Shown here: positions 55,379-64,000 of the stretch, piece after piece
Position numbering within the stretch: position 1 is the first letter of the stretch
How the letters are laid out: every line of letters starts with the position of its first letter
NCBI GenBank assembly: GCA_030593145.1
Contig: JAUVHU010000001.1
Coordinates: 13,675 to 77,674, forward strand
DNA length: 64,000 bases
Reading direction: 5' to 3'
Source: Desulfobacteraceae bacterium
Lineage (GTDB): Bacteria > Desulfobacterota > Desulfobacteria > Desulfobacterales > ETH-SRB1
The notes under the pieces: model-generated
What the model saw: the letters and a program-made list of their open reading frames with translations, nothing else
Databases searched by the model: none
Told to the model about the DNA's origin: nothing
Position numbers and translations under genes: made by a program

Positions 55379-56068
55379 ATGAAATCCAAAGCTTCTTCAA
55401 AAGACAATGCATCTGTCCGGTTGACCGGTAAGTTTATATATATTCTTGGTCCACAGCGGATGCAAAATGAGTTGATAGCTTCTTTTTTAGAGCAGGAAAC
55501 CGGTGCAAGGTGTTCAGAGGGTGAGAACTTCTCTCATGTTCCGAACATAAACGACAAAAATACCGGCCAATCAAGGCTGATTCTTTTGGATTGCATGGGA
55601 AAAGATCTGGACGGCTGCCTCCCTGAGCTTGAATCAAACGATGAAAAAAAGATGTTGTCCGGACATCTTTTAGCCCTCTTTAATGTGGATCCCGGTATGG
55701 GCATTGAAAAAAGAGCTTTAAGGCAGGGGGCACGAGGATTTTTTTATGAACAGGACTCCCTGGAACTGCTCCCAAAGGGTGTCCGGGCTATTTTTAATGG
55801 AGAATTGTGGGCATCCAGAGAGATTATGACGAAATGTGTCCTGGAAGATAGCGCAAGAGAGATCAAACACCAAAAAGGTGTAACAGTGCTTACCCAAAGA
55901 GAGACCGAGATACTCACCATGGTTGCCGTGGGAGCCAAGAACGAGAAAATCGCTGACAAACTTTTCATCAGCCCGCATACGGTTAAGACCCACCTCTATA
56001 ACATTTTTAAGAAAATCAATGTTCCCAACCGCCTGCAGGCCGCTTTGTGGGCCGCTAAAAATCTCTAA
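55379..56068 (+). CDS. CsgD/VpsT-like LuxR-family response regulator
   Basis: Degenerate receiver (LILLD, GARGFFY, GELW); HTH LTQRETEIL...ISPHTVKTHLYNIFKKINV.NRLQAALWA. Confidence 0.88.
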   Translation: MKSKASSKDNASVRLTGKFIYILGPQRMQNELIASFLEQETGARCSEGENFSHVPNINDKNTGQSRLILLDCMGKDLDGCLPELESNDEKKMLSGHLLALFNVDPGMGIEKRALRQGARGFFYEQDSLELLPKGVRAIFNGELWASREIMTKCVLEDSAREIKHQKGVTVLTQRETEILTMVAVGAKNEKIADKLFISPHTVKTHLYNIFKKINVPNRLQAALWAAKNL

Positions 56069-56302
56069 CGCTTTTCAACTTTTTTCGTAACAGTTCAAAG
56101 GCACATTACAAAATGTGTTAAGCGTTAGGTGTTAAGAGCTTGATAAAACAAAATTTTAGTGCCTTTGTGTCTTTGTGGCTACCACCTTTTTCTAATACTA
56201 TTTTCTTAGTTTTTTAGACATTTCCTGCCCTAAAATACGAATCAAAACCATACCTTTGCCCTATTGCGTTTTCCTGTAAAATTTAGTCAATTAAAACTCA
56301 TA

Positions 56303-56671
56303 ATGATTAATCAAACATTATCAAAGACTCACGAAAAAAGAAAATTAGACAGATTCAATCTTGAGATTCCAGCGAAAGTCGAAGTAACGACTTTAGATCA
56401 AGAGAAAGAGATATTTGATCTCCTGACAAGCGATATATGTGCGGGTGGGGCGTTTTTCCATACCTCACAGCCGCTTCCTGAAGGGACCACGGTCAAGATA
56501 GATCTAATTCTCTCGCTTGGTAAGCTGAAAGAGCTGAAAGATGATTTTAAACACGCTCATATAGAGGTTGCAGGAACAGTTCTGCGATCTGAATCAGCCG
56601 GCATGGCTATCTGCTTTAATGAGGATTACCAGATTCACCCGTACAAAGCGGAAGCTGTAACCAGGCATTGA
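56303..56671 (+). CDS. PilZ-domain protein
   Basis: EKRKLDRF (RxxxR) and DICAGG (DxSxxG-like). Confidence 0.85.
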   Translation: MINQTLSKTHEKRKLDRFNLEIPAKVEVTTLDQEKEIFDLLTSDICAGGAFFHTSQPLPEGTTVKIDLILSLGKLKELKDDFKHAHIEVAGTVLRSESAGMAICFNEDYQIHPYKAEAVTRH

Positions 56672-56759
56672 GGTATTCTATTTATTTTATAATTGTTCTT
56701 GCCAAAGGCAAGTTCCACAATTTTAGTTCATTTTCAATACCAACCGACGGAGGATCAAA

Positions 56760-59700
56760 ATGAAAAGTATAAAAAATATAAACATAAGCGCTATAGTGTT
56801 AGCTCTTTTGATCCTGTTTCCTCTAACTGCCTATGCAGTATCGGTCGGGAACGTGACCCATGTTACGGGCAGGGTAGATATTACCAGTCCTGGTGAGGCG
56901 GCCATGCCCGCGAATGTGGGAGATGAGGTCAATGAGAATGATATCATCCGGACCAAAAGCAAATCAAAAGCGGAAATTGCCTTTTTGGATGGGAATATCC
57001 TCCGTCTTGCAGAGGAGACCAGGGTTGAGATCGCTGAATATATGATAGAAGAAGAGCAGGTCGTTGGTATTCTCAACCTGTTCAGGGGTAAACTCCAGAA
57101 TATCGTAAGCACATTAGGCAAGAAGTATGGACCCAATAAGCGGAATCGTTTTGAGGTTCATACACCTACCGCGGTTTGCGGGGTAAGGGGTACCAATTTT
57201 TTCCCCTGGTATTTGAAGGGTGTCAGCGGCGCTACATTCAAAAAGGGCAAAGGGTATCTTTACAGTAAAGGCAGGCCTGATGATATTAAGTCGATCCGTG
57301 CGGGCCAGACCGGTCTTGTGGTCAGCGCCGATCAGCCGCCCAGAGTCAGACCGGCTACGGATAAAGAGATGGGCGAACATGAAGATGACACGTTTCCTTC
57401 GGACGATGACGATGGTGATGGTGACGACGGTGATGATGAAGGAGAAGGTGAAGGAGAGGGAGGAACTCCCGAGGGATATTCTCCACCTGAGGACGAGGGA
57501 TCTGGCGATACGGGAGGTGATGACGCAGGGGGCCTGGGTCTAAATACCGGGCTTTATATCCCGCCGGATTTAGATGATGACGGAGGTGATGACGGAGGTG
57601 ATGACGGTCCTACAACAACCTATACCGATTTTTCCGACCCTATTTCATTTGACTTCCCTGAAGAGGATACCACTCTCTCCGGTTCCATCAATGATGATAC
57701 AGACGAAGGGACACTTGATCTTTCTGGTAGCACTTCAGAGTTCCCAGAGGATACCTGGGAAGGTGATTTTAGCGCTACTTTGAGCGATGAGAGCGCTCTT
57801 GAGGGCTATTTTGTGGGAATCTCGGGTACTTGGGAAGGTCTTCTAACCAGCATATATGTGACAGAAGATGGAGATGCCGGATATATATACGGAGACCTGT
57901 CCGGCGGCTATGATTCAGATGACAAAACCTTTAGTGGTAGCGGCTCCGCAACCAGGAGCTCCATGGGGAGCGCGGATATCTCCTATTATAATGACTTGGC
58001 CGAAGCCTTAAATGATTCGACAAGTGAAGCCAATGATGTCCTATCCAATATGGAGATTCCGGTATTTGATGATATTGATATAGAAAATGGTCAGATCGTT
58101 GAATTGGGTTCACTTGGGTCTCCTGATGAAATTATGGGCATTTCCACTACCGACGGAAGCATTTTGGGGATATGGCGGTACACTATATGGGACTGGGGAT
58201 CATACTCTTCCGATGGAGCGTTGTACACCGCGGAAGATCCGTGGCAAGGAACATATGGCGATGGTGACGACTACGATGAATATTATATGCTCGGCGATAT
58301 CTCCGGTACCGATGATCTCGTTGGTCATGTAACCATAACCGGTAACCTGACATATCTTGATACTGAATATCTCGGAAGTATCAGTCTTGAGTATCGGGGT
58401 ACATATGATAATACAGATGATATTACGGCAGGAACTTACGAAAGTATCGGAGCCGGAACTTTTACTCTGGAACCCCTTGCCTACAGCGGGTATTGGGAGG
58501 GTGATAGCCTCTATTATTACGATTCTGAAGAAATTACTTGGGCTGGAGACGAGTATGGCCTCATCGGCGGCCTCACTGCTCCGTGGGACGAACCTGCCGA
58601 CTTTCTGGCCATGGGTTATTATGAGGATGACGCGGAAACAGGCGGCCCATACTTCTGGGCATCTGATATCGATGCTGACGGAGACGGCGGATATTTCGAA
58701 GGCATAACCGGCGGCATCTGGAAGGATGGCGATATGAAGGGAGCGGTCTTGGCCATTTATGTGAATACGGCTAACAATACGGCGGGTATCCTGACCGACT
58801 ATGATGTTTCGGGGAATTATTATGAGAACTTGGAGATGTGGATGGCCGAAGGTACATTGACACCAGTAGAGATGCCCGAAGGCTACAGTACAGAAGAAAT
58901 TATAGAAGACACAATAGATATTACCGGAGACGGCAGTTTTGCTGATGAGACAGTTATTGCTGTCATGGCGAATGACGGTATTTCAAAGTGCATAGAAAAT
59001 CAAGACTGGGGGATATGGGGGACCATGCTGGGCGGAACATATATCGATACTGATTCCCAAGATTGGACTCTTCATTTGATAGATGACTCGCCAACTTCAA
59101 CCCACTGGGTGGAAGTGGCCGGTTCAATCACATGGCCTGGAGAAGGAGAGATTGCTGAGACTTCCGGTAGGGCAGCCGGGGCTTGGGTCGATCTTGACGA
59201 TGCCATAACCGGTGTCATCGGCGGGGAAACCATCGGCACCTTCAATCCTACCGAAGAAACCTGGCAGGCAGTAGCTGCTGGTAGCTGGATGGAGACGAGA
59301 AAATTCCTTGATATGGCGTCAGTTGAGTATAATTCAGAGACTGGCGCATACACGTTCAACACAACAACCGACACGCTTGCCGGTACTCAGGCTCTTCTCA
59401 ATAATGACCTGAACATCCCCTGTATCGAGGTCGGCAGAACAGATCTTACTGGTAGTAACGAGAACATGACTGTTAATATGAACGATGTGACCTTCTTTGC
59501 TTATTCTACTGGGGCTTCTCCTAAGATCTGGGCGACAGGCGATGTAAGCGGCAGTTATAGCGCCAACCCCGTTGGTAGCACTGCTGTTCTGACCGGAAAC
59601 GGCTTTAACGATGTCAGCGCTGGACAAAGTGTCAATTTCATAGTCAATAGTTTTGGCGCCGTAAATGGAAACTGGGATGCCAGTGTTAATGGAGCAGGTA

Positions 59701-59843
59701 CTGTGAGCGGCTATGCTATCGACATAGATGGCGCGGCAGCCGGTACTGTAGTTGGTGAAGCAAACGATGCAGTGGGTTTCACCGGCACCGGAGCTGGTGT
59801 AGCAACGCCAACGCAAGAAGAAACAATAACAAACGACAGGTAA
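56760..59843 (+). CDS. Large secreted acidic protein with N-terminal FecR domain and repeated beta-rich lobes
   Basis: Signal peptide AYA; FecR motifs (DIIRT, FLDGNILRL, VHTPTAVCGVRGTNF); D/E/G linker; internal repeat at about 295-aa offset. Confidence 0.85.
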   Translation: MKSIKNINISAIVLALLILFPLTAYAVSVGNVTHVTGRVDITSPGEAAMPANVGDEVNENDIIRTKSKSKAEIAFLDGNILRLAEETRVEIAEYMIEEEQVVGILNLFRGKLQNIVSTLGKKYGPNKRNRFEVHTPTAVCGVRGTNFFPWYLKGVSGATFKKGKGYLYSKGRPDDIKSIRAGQTGLVVSADQPPRVRPATDKEMGEHEDDTFPSDDDDGDGDDGDDEGEGEGEGGTPEGYSPPEDEGSGDTGGDDAGGLGLNTGLYIPPDLDDDGGDDGGDDGPTTTYTDFSDPISFDFPEEDTTLSGSINDDTDEGTLDLSGSTSEFPEDTWEGDFSATLSDESALEGYFVGISGTWEGLLTSIYVTEDGDAGYIYGDLSGGYDSDDKTFSGSGSATRSSMGSADISYYNDLAEALNDSTSEANDVLSNMEIPVFDDIDIENGQIVELGSLGSPDEIMGISTTDGSILGIWRYTIWDWGSYSSDGALYTAEDPWQGTYGDGDDYDEYYMLGDISGTDDLVGHVTITGNLTYLDTEYLGSISLEYRGTYDNTDDITAGTYESIGAGTFTLEPLAYSGYWEGDSLYYYDSEEITWAGDEYGLIGGLTAPWDEPADFLAMGYYEDDAETGGPYFWASDIDADGDGGYFEGITGGIWKDGDMKGAVLAIYVNTANNTAGILTDYDVSGNYYENLEMWMAEGTLTPVEMPEGYSTEEIIEDTIDITGDGSFADETVIAVMANDGISKCIENQDWGIWGTMLGGTYIDTDSQDWTLHLIDDSPTSTHWVEVAGSITWPGEGEIAETSGRAAGAWVDLDDAITGVIGGETIGTFNPTEETWQAVAAGSWMETRKFLDMASVEYNSETGAYTFNTTTDTLAGTQALLNNDLNIPCIEVGRTDLTGSNENMTVNMNDVTFFAYSTGASPKIWATGDVSGSYSANPVGSTAVLTGNGFNDVSAGQSVNFIVNSFGAVNGNWDASVNGAGTVSGYAIDIDGAAAGTVVGEANDAVGFTGTGAGVATPTQEETITNDR

Positions 59844-59873
59844 CAATAATAGAATAGATTTTAATAAACCTTT

Positions 59874-59922
59874 AGAGGCACAAAGTTCAAACATTTCTCG
59901 ACTTTGTGCCTCTTTCTTTTTT
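59874..59922 (+). terminator. Intrinsic terminator after the FecR-domain gene
   Basis: AGAGGCACAAAGT ... ACTTTGTGCCTCT followed by TTCTTTTTT. Confidence 0.75.
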
Positions 59923-59947
59923 CAGAAGAACAAAAAGGAGATCCGAC

Positions 59948-60466
59948 ATGAAGAGAAGACTTTTCATGCTGACTGTATTGGTTGGGATCATGATCTTGCT
60001 GCCTCTTGCGGCTGCATCTGCGGCCAGGGTCAAGATCGGGGTGATTGATACCCAGAAAATCATGCGGGAATCCAGGGCGGCAAAGAATGCCCGGTCACTC
60101 TTTCTTAAGGATGTTGAGGACAAAAGGGCTGTGCTTGGAGCAAAACAGAAGGAAGTTCGGGCATTGGAAGAGAAACTGAAAAGAGAGGGGAAGAAAATGT
60201 CCCCTTCGGCCAGGAAGCAAAAGGCGGAAAAATTTCAAAAAGAGATCAAGGAACTCAAACGCCTCAGAAGTGATCTCGAAGAAGAGTTAAAGAAGAAAGA
60301 TACGGATCTCACACGAAAACTTATCACAGAGATTGTGAAAATTGTAAGAGAGTTTTCCAGGAAAGAGAAATATACGGTTATTCTGGAAAAAAAATCGGTG
60401 GTGATTGCTGATGAGGCAATTGATATTACCGATAAAATCATACGCCTATATGATGACCTAAAATAA
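59948..60466 (+). CDS. skp: OmpH/Skp periplasmic chaperone
   Basis: KIGVIDTQKI, coiled coil, YTVILE, IDITDKII; AGGAG SD. Confidence 0.88.
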   Translation: MKRRLFMLTVLVGIMILLPLAAASAARVKIGVIDTQKIMRESRAAKNARSLFLKDVEDKRAVLGAKQKEVRALEEKLKREGKKMSPSARKQKAEKFQKEIKELKRLRSDLEEELKKKDTDLTRKLITEIVKIVREFSRKEKYTVILEKKSVVIADEAIDITDKIIRLYDDLK

Positions 60467-60476
60467 GAATAACACG

Positions 60477-61052
60477 TCAGTCCAAAAGATGTTTATCTAC
60501 ATAACGGGCCAGAATTTCGGCTGTAGCCTCAGGGGGCCGAACCGCGAAATAATGGTCAATTATGGCATGGGCCATTTCGTGAGCCAGGATTCCTTCATTA
60601 AGATCATCAGCATTGATGTATATCGTGTTGTATTCATATATATAGTAGGCTCGAACCGAACATTTCTTTTTAAAGAGTTTATAAAAGGTCGCGTTCAATT
60701 GCTTCTCGTCATGACTGATATTAATAATAACCTTATTCATTCTTTCGCGCATATCGAGTATTTCTTGCACCCTTTCATATAAAGCGTCCACTTTCTTCTT
60801 GAGCCTGTCTGTCAGACTATTAGAACCTGAGGGGGAAAACAGACTTTTAAGACTCTGTCGCGCCGAGTAATAAACCACTTTTTTGTTGAATGTTTTCAAG
60901 TCTTTCAGGCTTTGGTAATCGATAATGGTATGTTTGGTTTCAAGGTTCTGCCAGGGGGTATCGTCTGCGGACAAGTCCGTAAATGGGTAAAAGAGAAGAA
61001 AGCTTACCCATATAAGCGCCAAAAGTCTTCTTGAGAGATTCTTACCTGACAT
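60477..61052 (-). CDS. Exported hypothetical protein with HExxH zincin-like motif
   Basis: Signal peptide; NTIYI...GILAHEMAH...E. Confidence 0.75.
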   Translation of the reverse strand: MSGKNLSRRLLALIWVSFLLFYPFTDLSADDTPWQNLETKHTIIDYQSLKDLKTFNKKVVYYSARQSLKSLFSPSGSNSLTDRLKKKVDALYERVQEILDMRERMNKVIINISHDEKQLNATFYKLFKKKCSVRAYYIYEYNTIYINADDLNEGILAHEMAHAIIDHYFAVRPPEATAEILARYVDKHLLD

Positions 61053-61070
61053 GAAAGTGAGATACCAAGG

Positions 61071-61634
61071 TTAGGTTTTGAAGTTGCTTTTAATTTTTTG
61101 ATTTAGACGATTCAACTCTTCAATTAAGCCTTGCGGGGCATTTTGTTTGGCGGCCGATTCGACGAGATGTTCGACTTCTGTCCGGATATCAAGAACCTTT
61201 TCATTCAGATTCGCTGTCATTTTATTCAGACTGTCAGCCATGTCGGTTATCTGATCCTTTTTTCTGAGACCTATCTTTTTAGTTAAATTTCCTTGCCCTA
61301 TCTCTTTTATGTCTTTTTCAAATCGGAACAAAGGGCCGGCAATCTTGTGAGAAACAAAAAGGGTAACGACTATCACAGCGAGGGAAATCAGCCCAAGCGT
61401 AATCAGGTTGGTATATATAACAGCGGGCAGAATGGCAACGGCTGTATTCTTTATGATCAACCGGGATTGGTTAAAAGAAGATGTTAATGTGTTCTGAGAA
61501 AAAAGAAAAAGCAGGCTTGTGGATATAATGATTCCCGCTAAAATAATAAGACAGAATTTCAGTATAAATTTGAACTGAAAATCCTTTTTAATAAAATAAT
61601 GCTTTCTTCTATAAGGATGTTTGTTTTGAGACAT
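61071..61634 (-). CDS. Small two-TM HAMP-domain membrane protein
   Basis: RRKHYFI..FQ, two TM helices, SHKIAGPL...GNL...LRKKDQ. Confidence 0.8.
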   Translation of the reverse strand: MSQNKHPYRRKHYFIKKDFQFKFILKFCLIILAGIIISTSLLFLFSQNTLTSSFNQSRLIIKNTAVAILPAVIYTNLITLGLISLAVIVVTLFVSHKIAGPLFRFEKDIKEIGQGNLTKKIGLRKKDQITDMADSLNKMTANLNEKVLDIRTEVEHLVESAAKQNAPQGLIEELNRLNQKIKSNFKT

Positions 61635-61649
61635 GTTTGCCTTCTTTTT

Positions 61650-62216
61650 TTAGTCTTTATACAAGAGTTCCTCGTTGATCCGGATGTTGGCTTTTTTTCT
61701 TAGATCGTTAACCCATTCTTTTAACATTCCGGTCTTTTTCTTTTCCTTGAGATCTTCAGTAATCTTCTCCTGTAATTCTGAAAGGGGAGGAAATCTGTCT
61801 TCAGATTTTTTTATGTTTTCGTAACAGGCATCGATTTCCTCTTGGGAAATCAAGATTTTCCGGCTGATTTCTCTCCCTTTCATTTCCATCAAGTCTCTTA
61901 TAAGTGTGAATTCCCAGTAACGTTCAATAGTCCTGACGAAGCTCTCTTTTCTATCTAACTTTAATCTTTTGGCCTCCTGGATAAGAAGCTCCTTTCTTAT
62001 TAGTCCTTCTAAAAACTCCTTCTTTGCCTCTTTTGTCAATTTAAAATCTTTATCCAACCCCATTTCCGCTGCAAGTTGATATTGAAATTCATCAAGGGTG
62101 AGATTGTAACTATCTATCCCGGCCAGTGTTTTATGTTTTTCTGTGTTTTCCGAGGTGCAGCAAAAAAGGCAGAAGGATAAAACGGGCAAAAGCAAATAGA
62201 GAAAACTCTTTTTCAT
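61650..62216 (-). CDS. SurA/PrsA N-terminal-domain lipoprotein-like chaperone
   Basis: Signal with Cys, LIRKELLIQEAKRLKLD, WVNDLRKKANIRINE; AAGGAGG SD before ATG 62216. Confidence 0.78.
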   Translation of the reverse strand: MKKSFLYLLLPVLSFCLFCCTSENTEKHKTLAGIDSYNLTLDEFQYQLAAEMGLDKDFKLTKEAKKEFLEGLIRKELLIQEAKRLKLDRKESFVRTIERYWEFTLIRDLMEMKGREISRKILISQEEIDACYENIKKSEDRFPPLSELQEKITEDLKEKKKTGMLKEWVNDLRKKANIRINEELLYKD

Positions 62217-62452
62217 AATAGCGCTGACCTCCTTGTTTGTTATTTCATGTTTGGAACAGGTAAAGCCTCCTTCATCCCGCAGGGCCACCATTTTTTCATT
62301 TTATTATAACAGTAACATAAATACAAGGTAATAGTTTGGGACAGCAACAGGGTAATATTAAATATTAACTGTTCGAGCCTTGATCCCGCCATCTTTTCTG
62401 TAATTGCCGGTTAAAAAAAGCGGGTACAAAGTCGGGACAAATACGCAAAACT

Positions 62453-62493
62453 AAAAAAGGGCTTGCAAGCTGAAATATTGCAAACCCTTTATT
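62453..62493 (-). terminator. Terminator after tRNA-Gln
   Basis: AAAGGG(C)TTGCAA...TTGCAA(A)CCCTTT; T-tract on the minus strand. Confidence 0.7.
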
Positions 62494-62498
62494 GTTTG

Positions 62499-62572
62499 TG
62501 GCTGGGAGACCAGGATTCGAACCTGGGTTGACGGAGTCAGAGTCCGTAGTCCTGCCGCTGGACGATCTCCCA
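62499..62572 (-). tRNA. tRNA-Gln (CTG)
   Basis: TGGGAGATCGTCCAGCGGCAGGACTACGGACTCTGACTCCGTCAACCCAGGTTCGAATCCTGGTCTCCCAGCCA, 74 nt. Confidence 0.96.
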
Positions 62573-62574
62573 TT

Positions 62575-62738
62575 GAGACCTTTGAAAAACGTCCCCTTTT
62601 GCCCAATCTCGGCGTCAGGCTCAAATTTTGCACGAAGTGAAGCTTTAGCGCTATCTTCGAAATACTCAATGTATTCCTGTAGTTAAAAGCTTCGCCTTTC
62701 TTGAGATTGAACAAAATTGAACATTTTTCAAAGGTCTC
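62575..62738. mobile_element. 164-bp MITE with perfect 15-bp TIRs and ATT flanking duplication
   Basis: GAGACCTTTGAAAAA ... TTTTTCAAAGGTCTC; ATT at 62572-62574 and 62739-62741. Confidence 0.8.
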
Positions 62739-62793
62739 ATTGTTTTTACTCAGATACACAAAAGCAAAAAATGAGTCAAGACAAATTGTTATG

Positions 62794-63999
62794 TCAACTC
62801 TCTTTATCCTTGATAAACTGCACAGCCTTTTTAAGCCGTGATATAACCTGTTTTTTCCCAAGCGCCTCAATTGTTTCAAAGATACCCGGACTTACTGTTT
62901 TTCCTGTAAGAGCAATCCTTACCGGCTGGGCGATTTTCCCAAGCTTAAGGCCGGTGGTTTCCATAACTTTTTTAAAAGCATTTTCAAGATTATTTTCATT
63001 AAACGATTCGAGCGGTTCAAGCTGATCAATTAACTGCTTAAGAACCTCTATCAAGGCCGGTTTGAGAAATTTCTTTGCCGCTTTTTCTTCATATAAAACG
63101 CTGTCCTGAAAATAAAAAAGGGCTCCATCCGCCATATCAATCAGAGTTTTGCTCCTGGTGTTTAATGTTTTAATAACAGAGTCAAGGAAATCCCCCTTCT
63201 CGGCCATACATCCTCTTTCTTTAAGAAACGGCAAAAGGTGATTAGAGAGATTTCCTGGAGATGCGGCCTTGATGTGATCCGCATTAAGGGATAGCAGCTT
63301 TTCCTGATCAAAGATACCCGCTGATTTGCCGATGTTTTCCAGTGTGAATTTTTCGATAAGCTCATTCCGTGAAAAGAACTCCTGATCGCCATGTGACCAC
63401 CCTAATCGTACAAGATAATTAATCAGGGCATCAGGCAGATAGCCCATGTCTCTGTAAACGGTAACTGACGTTGCGCCGTGCCTCTTGCTTAATCTGGTCC
63501 GGTCTTTGCCAAGTACCATCGGTACATGTCCGAAAGCCGGCAAAGGGCTTTCAAGCGCGTTGTAAAGCATTATCTGTCTTGGGGTATTATTAAGGTGGTC
63601 ATCACCTCTAATTACAGTGTTTATGCCCATAGTAATATCATCAACAACTACGACGAAATTGTATGTAGGGGTTCCGTCACTTCGGCAGACAATAAAATCG
63701 TCCTGTTCAGAATTCTGGAAAACAACGTTACCTTTTATAATATCTTTAACAATAGTCGTGCCGGCAAGAGGCGCTCTGAAACGGATAACGGCATTACCGG
63801 TTTTTGCAAGATTTTTGTCACGGCATGTTCCATTATATTTTGGCTTTCCACCGGCTGCCAAGGCCTTTTTTCTCATGGCATCAATTTTTTCTTGAGAACA
63901 AGTGCAATAGTAAGCATGGTTTGAATCAAGGAGTTTTTGAATATATGTTTGATAAATATCAAAACGTTTAGATTGGAAATAGGGACCATCATCCCAGTC
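62794..63999 (-). CDS. gltX: Glutamate--tRNA ligase (5' part outside window)
   Basis: AYYCTC, PTYNF.VVVDD, IRGDDHLNNT, RLSKRHGA, PVRIALTG. Confidence 0.96.
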   Translation of the reverse strand, partial: DWDDGPYFQSKRFDIYQTYIQKLLDSNHAYYCTCSQEKIDAMRKKALAAGGKPKYNGTCRDKNLAKTGNAVIRFRAPLAGTTIVKDIIKGNVVFQNSEQDDFIVCRSDGTPTYNFVVVVDDITMGINTVIRGDDHLNNTPRQIMLYNALESPLPAFGHVPMVLGKDRTRLSKRHGATSVTVYRDMGYLPDALINYLVRLGWSHGDQEFFSRNELIEKFTLENIGKSAGIFDQEKLLSLNADHIKAASPGNLSNHLLPFLKERGCMAEKGDFLDSVIKTLNTRSKTLIDMADGALFYFQDSVLYEEKAAKKFLKPALIEVLKQLIDQLEPLESFNENNLENAFKKVMETTGLKLGKIAQPVRIALTGKTVSPGIFETIEALGKKQVISRLKKAVQFIKDKES

Positions 64000-64000
64000 T

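Noticed and set aside
62451-62879. 142-aa ORF
   Set aside because: Runs through the gltX end, the MITE and tRNA-Gln

Overview
This is an origin-proximal chromosomal segment, about 40% GC by eye. Gene content and intergenic repeat families suggest a Desulfobacterales-like deltaproteobacterium (inference). The left half is mostly housekeeping: metG-ricT-holB-IHF/HU-NusG paralog-lptD, purM, aminotransferase-hom-thrH, hldE, initiator tRNA, a perfect parS, the rpmH-rnpA-yidD-yidC-jag-mnmE cluster, degQ, asnS, an archaeal-type thyA, gyrB and dnaN. Directly upstream of dnaN is a very AT-rich oriC candidate with variant DnaA boxes and a DnaA-trio run, but dnaA, recF and gyrA are absent from the window. 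The right half has an ilvD-ilvB-ilvN-ilvC-cimA-leuA cluster behind an unannotated Ile/Leu/Val-rich leader-peptide attenuator, then pyrD, a DEAD-box helicase and glnS. A ~12 kb accessory cell-envelope region follows, ending at tRNA-Gln and a partial gltX. The best candidate for an undescribed system is in that region: a Slam/T11SS-like TPR plus beta-barrel protein, a CsgD-like regulator, PilZ, a giant acidic FecR-domain protein with repeated beta-rich lobes, and Skp, transcribed divergently from a GC-rich lipoprotein plus lipid-anchored TPR-CHAT protease pair. Intergenic DNA holds several MITE-like and palindromic repeat families and a probable group II intron 5' remnant. All calls come from motif recognition by eye; no searches were run.
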